Source: Candidatus Poribacteria bacterium (lineage in GTDB: Bacteria; Poribacteria; WGA-4E; PCPOR2b). Taken from it: a DNA stretch of 64,000 nt. Position numbers and translations under genes: made by a program. Below the pieces are notes generated by a model, which saw nothing but the letters and a program-made list of their open reading frames with translations, made no database searches and was not told the DNA's origin. Where the stretch lies: contig OZ242351.1 in assembly GCA_965208675.1 (NCBI GenBank), positions 320,001-384,000 on the forward strand, in the 5' to 3' direction. Positions 47,482 to 57,154 of this stretch are shown here, one piece after another (within the stretch, counting starts at the first letter, position 1; each line of letters begins with the position of its first letter).

Positions 47482-48916
47482 GTTTACGCGTCAAAAGTTG
47501 ATTTACCAGTTGCGGATTTGCCTTGCCTTTGGTCGCTTTCATTACTTGACCGACGAGGAAGCCAAGCGCTTTCTTTGTACCGTTTCGGTAATCTTGGACG
47601 GGCCCCGAATGCGCCTCAACTACTTGATTGACAATCGCGTCAATCTCGGATTCGTCAGTAATTTGCGAAAGCCCTTGTTGCTTGACGATTTCTTCTGGTG
47701 ATTTGCCGGTTTTAAAGACATCGATAATCACCTGCTTGGCAATTTTTCCGCTGATAGTTTTATCATTTATCAGCATTATTAATTTACTAAGCTGGACAGG
47801 CGTAATGCTGGAATCCTGTATCTCAATTCTTTCACTGTTTAGCAACCCCGATAGATCGCCGATAATCCAGTTGCTGCTCGCTTTCGGATCGCCGCATAGG
47901 CGCGCAGTCTCATCAAAAAAGTCCGCCATGTGCCGAGTTTCGGTGAGAATGATAGCGTCGGAAGCGGAAATGCCGTATTCTTCCACAAAGCGTTTGCGTC
48001 GATCGAATGGCGACTCCGGTAACAATGATTTGATTTGTTCAATCTCTTCAACGTTTGCCTCAAACGGAACAAGATCTGGCTCGGGGAAATAGCGGTAATC
48101 GTGAGCTTCCTCCTTGCTCCGCATAGGTGACGTCTTGCCAGTATTCAAATCAAACAATAGTGTGTTTTGCTCGACCTGTCCCCCTTCATCAAGGATCGTG
48201 GCTTGCCGTTTTTGTTCGAATTTTAATGCGGTCGTTACATGCTGGAATGAATTCTTATTTTTCAATTCTGTCCGAGTTCCCAATTCTTCGCTGTCAACTA
48301 AACGCAATGAAAGGTTCGCATCGCAGCGGAAGTGTCCTTCTTCCATATTGCAATCGCTAACATCAATGTATTCTAGGATTTCCTTCACGCTGCGCCAATA
48401 GGCGACTGCCTCCTCCGGTGAATTCATATCCGGTTCACTCACAATTTCCAACAACGGAACGCCCGCACGATTAAAATCGACATAGCTTTGGCTGTGAGTC
48501 CCCGTCACGTCCGCGTGAACGAGTTTTGCAGCTTCTTCCTCTAAGTGTATTTGATGAATATGTACGCGATGAATTTTCCCCGAAAATTCAAAATCCACAT
48601 AGCCATTTTTAGCAAGCGGATAGTGCTTCTGTGAAATTTGGTATCCTTTTGGCAAATCCGGATAAAAATAGTTCTTGCGATCAAACTTACAAAAAGTTGC
48701 AATCTCGCAATTCATCGCTAACGCAGCGCGAATTGCAAATGAGATGGCCCTCTCATTTAATACCGGCAGTACCCCGGGCATACCTAAACAGATTGGGCAG
48801 GTTTGCGCGTTTGGGGCGGTTCCAAACATCACTTCACAGTTGCAGAACAGCTTGCTTTTTGTGGACAATTCGGCATGGATCTCCAGACCGATTACGGATT
48901 CATATCTGTTCCCCAT
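47471..48916 (-). CDS. gatB: Asp-tRNA(Asn)/Glu-tRNA(Gln) amidotransferase subunit B
   Basis: VIGLEIHAEL, FDRKNYFYPDLPKGYQISQ, RCDANLS, DYRYFPEPDL and GQVMKATKGKANP. Confidence 0.98.
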   Translation of the reverse strand: MGNRYESVIGLEIHAELSTKSKLFCNCEVMFGTAPNAQTCPICLGMPGVLPVLNERAISFAIRAALAMNCEIATFCKFDRKNYFYPDLPKGYQISQKHYPLAKNGYVDFEFSGKIHRVHIHQIHLEEEAAKLVHADVTGTHSQSYVDFNRAGVPLLEIVSEPDMNSPEEAVAYWRSVKEILEYIDVSDCNMEEGHFRCDANLSLRLVDSEELGTRTELKNKNSFQHVTTALKFEQKRQATILDEGGQVEQNTLLFDLNTGKTSPMRSKEEAHDYRYFPEPDLVPFEANVEEIEQIKSLLPESPFDRRKRFVEEYGISASDAIILTETRHMADFFDETARLCGDPKASSNWIIGDLSGLLNSERIEIQDSSITPVQLSKLIMLINDKTISGKIAKQVIIDVFKTGKSPEEIVKQQGLSQITDESEIDAIVNQVVEAHSGPVQDYRNGTKKALGFLVGQVMKATKGKANPQLVNQLLTRKLDG

Positions 48917-49042
48917 GTTTTACTCCAAATCGTGCGAGATGTACCCGCCTAATATAGGTAACTTACTAACCCTTCCTAACTCGTCCTCGGTTTGGTAAAT
49001 AAAAGAATGTGGAAGGTCATAACCTGGTTTCAGGTTTTGAGT

Positions 49043-49483
49043 TCAAGTTGCGGTTTTCTGGTTGAAGTAGACTGGATCGGGTTTAACCCACGTTTCTCCG
49101 CCGTCTTCCCAAACCTCGCGTTTCCAAATGGGTACTATTTGTTTGAGGCGGTCCATCGCGTATTTGCACGCTTCAAATCCGTCTTTGCGGTGCGGTGCGG
49201 CAACGGCTACCGCAACGCTAATTTCACCAATTTTAAGGCGTCCGATACGGTGAATCATAGCCACTCGATCCAATCCCCATTTTTCGAAAATCTCACGAGC
49301 GATTTCAGCCATCTTCATTTCAGCCATTTTCGGATAGGCTTCGTATTCAAGGTAGGAGACTTTGCGTCCGCCAGTATTGTCGCGCACAAAACCCAAAAAT
49401 GGCACAATTGCGCCAGCATTTTCTGCTTTGACCGCATGGATTACGTCAACGGGAGCAATAGGCTGGTTGGTAATTTTAAACAT
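49043..49483 (-). CDS. moaE: Molybdopterin synthase catalytic subunit
   Basis: GAIVPFLGFVR, LEYEAYPKMA, HRIGRL, APHR and VPIWKRE. Confidence 0.96.
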   Translation of the reverse strand: MFKITNQPIAPVDVIHAVKAENAGAIVPFLGFVRDNTGGRKVSYLEYEAYPKMAEMKMAEIAREIFEKWGLDRVAMIHRIGRLKIGEISVAVAVAAPHRKDGFEACKYAMDRLKQIVPIWKREVWEDGGETWVKPDPVYFNQKTAT

Positions 49484-49730
49484 GTATCCCTCCCGTAACA
49501 GGTGGAATCAAAGCAACTTCGTCACCGTCCGAAAGTTCGGTCTGTTCCGTAGCATACTCCCAATTTACAGACATCTGCATCACCTCATAATATTCTGGTA
49601 TTTCGGGCCACTCCGCTTCCAGCCGCTTTAGGACATCCATTAATACGGCTCCGTCTGGGAGTTCCATCTCCTCCTCGTCTCGATTGAACATTTCTCGGCA
49701 CACCGCAAAGTATTTGACTTTAACTTTCAT
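49476..49730 (-). CDS. moaD: Molybdopterin synthase sulfur carrier subunit (C-terminus GG-IHV)
   Basis: MKVKVKYFA, SVNWEY and LSDGDEVALIPPVTGG followed by IHV and stop; ATG 49730 after GAGG. Confidence 0.93.
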   Translation of the reverse strand: MKVKVKYFAVCREMFNRDEEEMELPDGAVLMDVLKRLEAEWPEIPEYYEVMQMSVNWEYATEQTELSDGDEVALIPPVTGGIHV

Positions 49731-49826
49731 TATTTTCCTCATCCATCGAGCGAATTGCAATCAATATCCGAAATTCAACTCACGCATTCAGCATTTCTTT
49801 CGGTAGATTCGCCAAATGACCAAAAC

Positions 49827-49856
49827 ATTATACCTCAAGCCGCATTCTGAATACAA
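49827..49856 (-). promoter_or_regulatory. sigma70-type promoter for moaDE
   Basis: TTGTAT-18 bp-TATAAT. Confidence 0.5.
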
Positions 49857-49886
49857 AGCAAAAACCGACCTTAACTCAAATTGCCG

Positions 49887-49915
49887 TTGACATGGATTGA
49901 ACGCTTTGATAGAAT
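49887..49915 (+). promoter_or_regulatory. sigma70 promoter for pncB
   Basis: TTGACA-17 bp-TAGAAT with an extended TG. Confidence 0.75.
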
Positions 49916-50019
49916 TTATTTCACATCTGTTTCATTTCGTATTACCATGACCGACCAATGAAAGAAACCATTGTACCTGTTCCTGCAATGGGACAGTCCC
50001 ACGATAAATTAGAGATGTT

Positions 50020-51525
50020 TTGAGAGATGCCCCCAATAATCCTTTCATGTCAGAGCAAACGTCTGGAATCCGCTCAATTATGAGAGAACCTCGGTCCGCC
50101 CTCCTCACTGAATCAAATATGGCGTTGTTCCTAGACTACTACGAACTCACTATGGGCAAAGCCAATTTTGAAAGCGAGAACAATTCAATTTGCAGCGAAA
50201 ACTACTTCGTTCGTGCTATCCCGCAGGGTGAGTACCTGATTGCATCAGGCCTGGAACAGGTTATCCACTACATTCTCAATCTCCGGTTTACCGATTCCGA
50301 TTTAAAGTGGTTAAAGGCAAGTAAAGACACGACGGAGATGAGCGGCGAATTTCTCGATTATCTCCGTCACTTCAAATTCGATGGTGATGTCTACGCAGTG
50401 CGTGAAGGAACACCAGTCTTTGCAAACCAGCCGCTAATCAATATTACCGGAAAATCCATTGACGTGCAAATCTTCGAAACTTACCTCCTCAATGTAATGA
50501 ACTTCCAGACGCTGATTGCAACCAAAACAGCGCGAATTGTTCATGCCGCACGCGGTCGAATTTGCTTCGATTTTGGCGCGCGCCGGGCGCACGGGAGAGA
50601 CGCTGGCATTCTGGCGGCTCGATCGGCATTTATCGGCGGGGCATCTGCAACCTCCCTCGTGCTCGCAGGACAGAAATTTAACATCCCTTTCGTTGGAACA
50701 ATGGCACATAAATTCATTCAGGATTTTCCTTCGGAGCTAGAAGCCTTTCGCACCTACGCCCAATCGTTCCCATATAACACCACACTGCTAATCGATACCT
50801 ATGACACTGTTCAGGGGGCAAGGCATGCTTGTATCGTTGGGGCAGAAATGAAGGCGAAAGGACAAAAATTGATGGCGGTTCGGCTAGACAGCGGTGATAC
50901 ACTGAAACTCAGCAAGTCGGTGAGAAAGATTTTCGATGACGCCGGACTAAAAGATGTGCGAATTTTTGCAAGCAATGACCTTGATGAATTTCAGATTGAC
51001 AATCTAGTCCGTAATGACGCGCCAATTGATGGATTTGGCGTCGGTACGCGGCTGGCTACTGGTGCAAATTTTAATCCGCTGACAAATGAAGGCGGTCCGT
51101 CAGCATTGCCTGGTGTTTACAAGCACGTTGAACGAATGGTGGATAATAAGGTCATTCCAACCATGAAATTCAGTGATGATTCGGGTAAATCCACACTTCC
51201 CGGTAGAAAACAGATTCACCGGATTTGCGATTCCCGCGGAAATTATGTGAAGGATGTGGTTAGTCTCTGGGATGAAAACATACAAAAGGTCAAATCTCAA
51301 TCCGAACAATACACGATGCAGCCGTTACTAACGCCAATTGTGCGCGGGGGCGAACTGGTTTACTCATTTCCGGATTTGATAGAGGTGCAAAATCGCGCAA
51401 AGGCCGAACTATTGAAACTACCGGAACCTTACAGAAGGTTGACTGGAGCCGAGAAGTATCCTGTGGTTTTGAGTGCGGGATTGAAAAACTTACACAAGGA
51501 TTTATCCGAATCCAAAATCCGATGA
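50020..51525 (+). CDS. pncB: Nicotinate phosphoribosyltransferase
   Basis: DYYELTM, DFGARRAH, GTMAH, LIDTYD, VRLDSGD, SNDLDE, FGVGT and VYK. Start uncertain. Confidence 0.95.
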   Translation: MRDAPNNPFMSEQTSGIRSIMREPRSALLTESNMALFLDYYELTMGKANFESENNSICSENYFVRAIPQGEYLIASGLEQVIHYILNLRFTDSDLKWLKASKDTTEMSGEFLDYLRHFKFDGDVYAVREGTPVFANQPLINITGKSIDVQIFETYLLNVMNFQTLIATKTARIVHAARGRICFDFGARRAHGRDAGILAARSAFIGGASATSLVLAGQKFNIPFVGTMAHKFIQDFPSELEAFRTYAQSFPYNTTLLIDTYDTVQGARHACIVGAEMKAKGQKLMAVRLDSGDTLKLSKSVRKIFDDAGLKDVRIFASNDLDEFQIDNLVRNDAPIDGFGVGTRLATGANFNPLTNEGGPSALPGVYKHVERMVDNKVIPTMKFSDDSGKSTLPGRKQIHRICDSRGNYVKDVVSLWDENIQKVKSQSEQYTMQPLLTPIVRGGELVYSFPDLIEVQNRAKAELLKLPEPYRRLTGAEKYPVVLSAGLKNLHKDLSESKIR

Positions 51526-51616
51526 ATGGCAACAGAAAGAATCATTAAGGTTTCGGATTGAAACAGTGCTATCGTTATAAAATTTTGTTTTGTTGACACG
51601 AAACACGGAGGCTAAC

Positions 51617-52486
51617 ATGAAACTCGGGGTTGTCGGCATGGTGTCCGGAGATTTCAGGGCATTTACATCGGAACAGATGGCGTCAGTAAGGGCGTTGCAA
51701 TTCACGGGGATTGGATTTCATGTTGAGATAGATGGGTTCTTGGACATTACAGACGAAGTGTGCACACAGTTCAACCGGTTTATGGCAGCGGAAAATCTGG
51801 ATTTGGTTCAATTCGGCATTTTATACGAAGAATGCCTTTTTGACCCGGAAGATGGGGTTACGGAGAGGGTCGCGGCGAAGATTAATCGTGGATTGGAGAT
51901 TGGGCGCCAGATTGATGCGCATGTCTGTCTCATCCGCGCCGGTAGTCTTAACCCTGAGGGTCCGTGGACGCCGCATCGGGACAATTACTTGCCAGGAAAC
52001 ATTGAACGCCTGATTGGGACGTTGAAACCGATTGCTCGAAAGGCCGAATTAGAAGGTGTGACCGTCGTGATGGAGACACACACAATCTCGATACTAGATA
52101 CGCCGGAGACATGCAGGAAAGTCGTCGATGCGGTGGGAAGTAAGAATTTGGGGCTTGTTATGGACGCTGTCAACCAATTCCAAACGCATCGACAGGTCTA
52201 CAATAGTGCGGATCGGTTAAACCATATCTTCGATGTGATGGGTAGAGTTGCACCTGTGGCGCACATCAAGGATATCAAAGTAGACCAAGAATTGGTTGTC
52301 CATTTTGATGAAACAGTTCCTGGAGAGGGCGAGTTGGATATTGGATTGATGCTTAGAAGATTTGATGCTTTTTACCCCGAGGGGTATGGACTGATCGAAC
52401 ACTTACCGATGTCGGAAATTCCGCTTGCAGCGCAAAATGTCCGCCGAATCGCTGCTGAGAACGGAGTCAGCATTCACGGGAGGTAA
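51617..52486 (+). CDS. Sugar phosphate isomerase/epimerase (TIM barrel)
   Basis: VMETH, MDAVN, AHIKD, PGEGELD and LIEH; ATG 51617 after GGAGG. Confidence 0.88.
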   Translation: MKLGVVGMVSGDFRAFTSEQMASVRALQFTGIGFHVEIDGFLDITDEVCTQFNRFMAAENLDLVQFGILYEECLFDPEDGVTERVAAKINRGLEIGRQIDAHVCLIRAGSLNPEGPWTPHRDNYLPGNIERLIGTLKPIARKAELEGVTVVMETHTISILDTPETCRKVVDAVGSKNLGLVMDAVNQFQTHRQVYNSADRLNHIFDVMGRVAPVAHIKDIKVDQELVVHFDETVPGEGELDIGLMLRRFDAFYPEGYGLIEHLPMSEIPLAAQNVRRIAAENGVSIHGR

Positions 52487-52488
52487 TC

Positions 52489-53235
52489 GTGAAGTTAACG
52501 AACAGAGTTGCTGTGATTACCGGTGGGGCGACCGGTATTGGCGCGGCGACAGCCATCGGTTTTGCCCGTGCTGGCGCACGAGTGGTGGTTGGTGATATTA
52601 ACCTCGAAGATGGCGAAAAGACGGTTGCATCTATCCAATCCGACGGCGGCGCCGCGAGATTCGTTCGTACAGACGTTACGGTAGAATCCGAAATCGCTAA
52701 TTTGGTGAAGACTGCTGATCAAGCATTCGGGCGGCTGGATGTGTTGTTGACGTGCGCCGGTATACTGTGGAACCCCGACATTCGAGTTGATGCATTGGAT
52801 GAAACTGCCTTTGAATCTGTAATCAACGTGAATCTCAAAGGCACATTTCTTGCGGTTAAACACGTTGTACCAGTTATGGAGCGCACTGGCGGCGGCGTTG
52901 TGTTATGTGTTGCCTCCGGCGCAGGCGTTACGGGTGGAAGTTCATCGGTGTCGTACGGCTCCAGCAAAGGTGGAGTGCACGGTCTGGTACTTACAATCAC
53001 CCCACAATTGGCACTGCTGAATATTAGGGTGCACACTGTCTGCCCCGGCGGCATCAAGACCCCCCTGAAACTTAGCCAAATTGTTGCATCTGCTGAGCGG
53101 GCAGGCGAATCCCCGGAAACTGCCGTTGAGGGCGCCCTCCCGTCATTAGGGGAACCGTCCGGTGTTGCACGTGTACTCACCTTTTTAGCGTCTGATGATG
53201 CCTCGTATGTAAGAGGCACAATCTACACGCGATAA
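52489..53235 (+). CDS. Short-chain dehydrogenase/reductase
   Basis: ITGGATGIG, TDV, CAG, YGSSK and VCPG. Confidence 0.93.
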   Translation: MKLTNRVAVITGGATGIGAATAIGFARAGARVVVGDINLEDGEKTVASIQSDGGAARFVRTDVTVESEIANLVKTADQAFGRLDVLLTCAGILWNPDIRVDALDETAFESVINVNLKGTFLAVKHVVPVMERTGGGVVLCVASGAGVTGGSSSVSYGSSKGGVHGLVLTITPQLALLNIRVHTVCPGGIKTPLKLSQIVASAERAGESPETAVEGALPSLGEPSGVARVLTFLASDDASYVRGTIYTR

Positions 53236-53499
53236 AAATTCTGTGCCGCATGAAGTTGTTGTAACCCCATTGCTTCCATTCACTGCGCTTCTACTTGCAA
53301 TCTCGAATCGCCTGTACATCCAGCAGGTTATTCCGTTTTAAACCACTGCAGGATAATCCGTAAAAAATTAGGCGAGTAGTTCAAAAGTTGGATTTTATGC
53401 CGCTGGAGTGAAACCGGATTAGTGATTATTCGTATAAGAAGTTAAAGGGAAGAATATACCCGCTGTATTGAAATAAAATCTAAATAGGAGGAATATCTG

Positions 53500-53703
53500 A
53501 TGTTCAACGGTATTGAACTCTTTTTGGGCGTTATTTGCTCACTGATGGGTATTGCCGTAGGGTATGTGTTTCTTGTTACCTTCTTTGCAGGTCTCCAGTT
53601 AATCTCCAAGCATCAGTCAGAGAGCATAGCGAATGAAGATTCTTCATACTTGTTAAACATAGTGGACAGGTTCGCAAAATACATCCGAAAGCAGAAATCA
53701 TAG
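53500..53703 (+). CDS. Small single-pass membrane protein
   Basis: Strong AGGAGG SD 8 nt upstream, one long hydrophobic segment and a basic tail. Confidence 0.65.
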   Translation: MFNGIELFLGVICSLMGIAVGYVFLVTFFAGLQLISKHQSESIANEDSSYLLNIVDRFAKYIRKQKS

Positions 53704-53871
53704 ACGGCTTAATTCCTAATCATTACTATTAAGACTGATTAGAGGCTTGACACTTGCAATAGTCTTTTGATAATATGTGTTGAATAAGATCTCTGGTATC
53801 AGATGGTATGAAGAATAGATTTAGATTGGAGGCGTTGATTCTTCGTTCCCCTTTTTTGCTCGTGATGACGC

Positions 53872-54558
53872 ATGCGTTATAAGCAACTTCATCGGTGGGA
53901 TATCAGCCCAGAGGAGGCTCGCCGCATCCAGAATGAGTTGCGAAATCGGGTCGTTCGCGAAGATAGATTTGGCGACATCCGCTGGGTTGCCGGAGTAGAT
54001 CTCGGTTTTAATCAAGATGTTGCCCGCGCGTCCGTTGTTGTGCTAAACTTTCCAGATCTTCAACCGGTTGATGTCATAATTGCCGAGAGCCAAGTTCAAT
54101 TCCCTTACATCCCGGGACTGTTGTCCTATCGCGAAACCCCTCCGTTGTTAAAAGCCTTTGATCAGTTGAATACAGAACCGGATCTCATCATTGCGGACGG
54201 ACAAGGAATAGCGCATCCGAGACGATTTGGGATAGCATCACATCTTGGAGTAATCTTGGACAAACCGACGATTGGATGTGCAAAATCACGGTTGACCGGA
54301 AAGTACGGTGCGCTGCAAAGCGAAGCGGGATCGGTAGCGTATCTGCATGACAAGGATGAAATCATTGGCGCAGCAGTTCGCACTAGGGCTAACGTCAAGG
54401 AGGTTTACGTTTCGATTGGACATCGAGTCTCCTTGGATTCCGCAATCAACTTGACTTTAGCGTGCTGCCGGAAATTCAGACTGCCGGAAACAACGCGATT
54501 CGCGCATAATGCGGCGTCTGGGAAAATTCGAATTCAGAAAAGAGACTCAACGCCCTAG
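53872..54558 (+). CDS. nfi: Endonuclease V (deoxyinosine 3' endonuclease)
   Basis: VAGVD, FPYIPGLLSYRE, DGQGIAHPRRFGIASHLG, IGCAKS, YVSIGH and RLPE. Confidence 0.97.
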   Translation: MRYKQLHRWDISPEEARRIQNELRNRVVREDRFGDIRWVAGVDLGFNQDVARASVVVLNFPDLQPVDVIIAESQVQFPYIPGLLSYRETPPLLKAFDQLNTEPDLIIADGQGIAHPRRFGIASHLGVILDKPTIGCAKSRLTGKYGALQSEAGSVAYLHDKDEIIGAAVRTRANVKEVYVSIGHRVSLDSAINLTLACCRKFRLPETTRFAHNAASGKIRIQKRDSTP

Positions 54559-54611
54559 CAAATGCGTTCGTTTAATTATTCTTAGGTGTGTTCAGCGTAT
54601 TGGACAGGTAA

Positions 54612-55787
54612 ATGAACATATTTTCACAGCGTTTGCATCGGTTGCCGCCGTACATGTTTGGCAAACTCAAACAATTGACCCATGAAAGGCGGCAGCAGGG
54701 GGTTGACATCATTGATTTAGGGATGGGCAACCCGAACCAGCCAACACCGCAGCACATCGTAGACAAACTTTGCGAGGCGGCGCAGGAACCGCGTCACCAT
54801 CGCTATTCCTCTTCACGCGGAATATTTAATCTGCGGCGTGAAATCTCATGGCATTATGACCGGCGGTTTGGAGTCCAAATCGACCCGGATCAAGAGGCAA
54901 TTGCGGTGATCGGTACCAAAGAGGGATTTGCCCATCTTGCCTTAGCATTGATAGATGAGGGCGACCTTGCACTAGTTCCCAATCCGACCTTTCCCATCCA
55001 CATTTATAGCATTGTCCTAGCCGGTGGCAGCGTTGTTAGCCTTCCGCTGCGTGAAGAAAACCAGTTTGTGCCGAGTCTTGATGAGATTGCTAGAGACATC
55101 TGGCCGAGACCCAAGGCATTAATCCTGAGTTTTCCACATAATCCTACCGGAGCCGTCGTAGACCTCGCCTTTTTTGAGGAAATCGTTGATTTTGCCAAGA
55201 GGCAAGACATTATCGTAATACACGATCTTGCCTATGCCGACATCGTCTTTGACGGCTATGAAGCGCCGAGTTTTATGCAAGCCAAAGGCGCGAAGGACGT
55301 TGGCGTTGAATTTGTTTCCTTATCGAAATCTTACAATATGGCGGGGTGGCGTTGCGGATTCGCGGTCGGCAATCACGAGATTATTGGCGCATTGGCGAGG
55401 ATAAAGGGGTATTATGATTACGGAATTTTCGCGCCTATTCAAGTCGCGGGAATCATGGCATTGCGAACGCCTATGGATTTTCTCACAGAAAATGCAGAAA
55501 CATACCGCCGCCGGCGCGATGTTTTGGTAGAAGGATTAAACCGAATTGGTTGGAAAATGCAAAAACCGAAGGCTACCATGTTCGTATGGGCGCCGATTCC
55601 TGAACGGTTTCGCCATCTCAGTTCCATGGACTTTGCGATGAAACTCCTTGATGAGGCTGAAGTGTGTGTTTCTCCCGGAGCGGGATTCGGACAGAATGGT
55701 GAAGGGTATGTAAGGATTGCCCTGGTTGAAAATGAAGATCGCATCCGTCAAGCGGTTCGACAGATTCGCCGCAGTTTATTCAAATGA
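54612..55787 (+). CDS. Class I/II PLP aminotransferase (AlaC / LL-DAP aminotransferase-like)
   Basis: LPPYMF, DLGMGNP, IGTKEG, FPHNPTG, HDLAY, SLSKSYNMAGWR and SPGAGFG. Confidence 0.93.
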   Translation: MNIFSQRLHRLPPYMFGKLKQLTHERRQQGVDIIDLGMGNPNQPTPQHIVDKLCEAAQEPRHHRYSSSRGIFNLRREISWHYDRRFGVQIDPDQEAIAVIGTKEGFAHLALALIDEGDLALVPNPTFPIHIYSIVLAGGSVVSLPLREENQFVPSLDEIARDIWPRPKALILSFPHNPTGAVVDLAFFEEIVDFAKRQDIIVIHDLAYADIVFDGYEAPSFMQAKGAKDVGVEFVSLSKSYNMAGWRCGFAVGNHEIIGALARIKGYYDYGIFAPIQVAGIMALRTPMDFLTENAETYRRRRDVLVEGLNRIGWKMQKPKATMFVWAPIPERFRHLSSMDFAMKLLDEAEVCVSPGAGFGQNGEGYVRIALVENEDRIRQAVRQIRRSLFK

Positions 55788-55924
55788 CGCCATAACTGCA
55801 AGTCGGTGTGGGCGTAGGCTTGATAGAGGCATAGCCACAGTAGTAAATCGTTGCGATTTGTCAAGCAAGGCCGTGCGAAGCATTTGGACATGAGATTAAG
55901 TAACCATCGGGATATTAACCCACC

Positions 55925-57007
55925 TCAAAAAAGCCCTGAGATTGAAATCCGCTGCGAATCGCCAAGGTCATGGGCGTTGAAGGCGTAATCCGCAAATAAT
56001 TTCGCTTCCCCCAAAGGAATTTGAAGTCCGGCTCCCGCGGCGAGTTTATCCCCTTCCGCACCAATGCGCAGCGCAATGACGTTGAACATCCAGTATTCCA
56101 CACCGTAACGGAATATCAAATTGCCGCTAGAATCCTCATCGTCCTCAAGGTTCCGGCGGTTTGTTTCCAAATCTGCACCGAATGTCGCCGTGCCGATAAA
56201 AGGGAGCGCGATTTGGTATGAGGTGCCAAACCGCAGTCGCGGATCGCGCGTGAAACTTGGGCGAGTCAATGTGTCCCAACGAATCTGAGTGCCGGTGGCA
56301 TCCACTAGCGTTACGCCATGCCGAAGACCACGGTAAGGACCAAACAAAAAACCGAGATCTATCCCGAAGCCGTTTCCCGTGTTTTCAAAAATCGACTGTC
56401 TAAGCAGCTTTAGATTCGCGCCAAGTGCCACGCGTTGACCGACTTGGCGAGCGTACGAAATTAACACGGCATTGTCTGTATTACTGAACGTGCCTGCGAT
56501 GATTGGGAGATCAATGTATATTTCTCCGGCTTCTTTAATTTTATTGTTGTTCCTGTCGTCAAAATCTCCCAAGATCCCATTTCCGTTTTTGTCGACAAAT
56601 GTGGTGAGTGGGATGTCGTCAACGCCAAGTCGAATCCAACTAATGCCAATTGTCCCGATGTTTTCAAGCTGCTGAACATAATTTACAAAGTTATACTGCA
56701 CCAATCCCTTGTTGAGGAATCTCCCGCCTTCAATACCAAAGGATTCAGAATACATTGCAGAAAATGCGTGTTTTTCGATTTGGGCGAGCCCTGCGGGATT
56801 CCAGTAAGTTGCCGTCGCATCATCGGCGATTGAAACAAACATACTGCCCATCCCCAATGCACGTGCGCCAACGCCATGACTGAGAAACTCCGCCGCATGA
56901 CTTCCCTCCTCCGCCGCATCCACGCTTATGAATGCTATCAGATTCCCGAATAATAGTGCGAACAACAAGTAAACTACGTACTTTTGATAACAAGGTAAGA
57001 TGCGCAT
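55925..57007 (-). CDS. PorV/PorQ (UPF0164) family outer-membrane beta-barrel protein
   Basis: Signal peptide, FLSHGVGARALGMG, DDATATYWNPAGL, GVEY...ALRIG, DYAF and LGDSQRIS with a C-terminal F. Confidence 0.88.
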   Translation of the reverse strand: MRILPCYQKYVVYLLFALLFGNLIAFISVDAAEEGSHAAEFLSHGVGARALGMGSMFVSIADDATATYWNPAGLAQIEKHAFSAMYSESFGIEGGRFLNKGLVQYNFVNYVQQLENIGTIGISWIRLGVDDIPLTTFVDKNGNGILGDFDDRNNNKIKEAGEIYIDLPIIAGTFSNTDNAVLISYARQVGQRVALGANLKLLRQSIFENTGNGFGIDLGFLFGPYRGLRHGVTLVDATGTQIRWDTLTRPSFTRDPRLRFGTSYQIALPFIGTATFGADLETNRRNLEDDEDSSGNLIFRYGVEYWMFNVIALRIGAEGDKLAAGAGLQIPLGEAKLFADYAFNAHDLGDSQRISISGLF

Positions 57008-57154
57008 TAGAATTTTTTTTGCGCCTCCGTCTGGATAATCGGCAATTCAGGTGTGTTTCAATTCTCAATTATAGTTGCCATGGCTTAATTGAATCTTCAT
57101 AAATTAAAATAAGCAGCGATGCCAATTTCGCTCATAGTCCCAAGCTCGCCGCAT

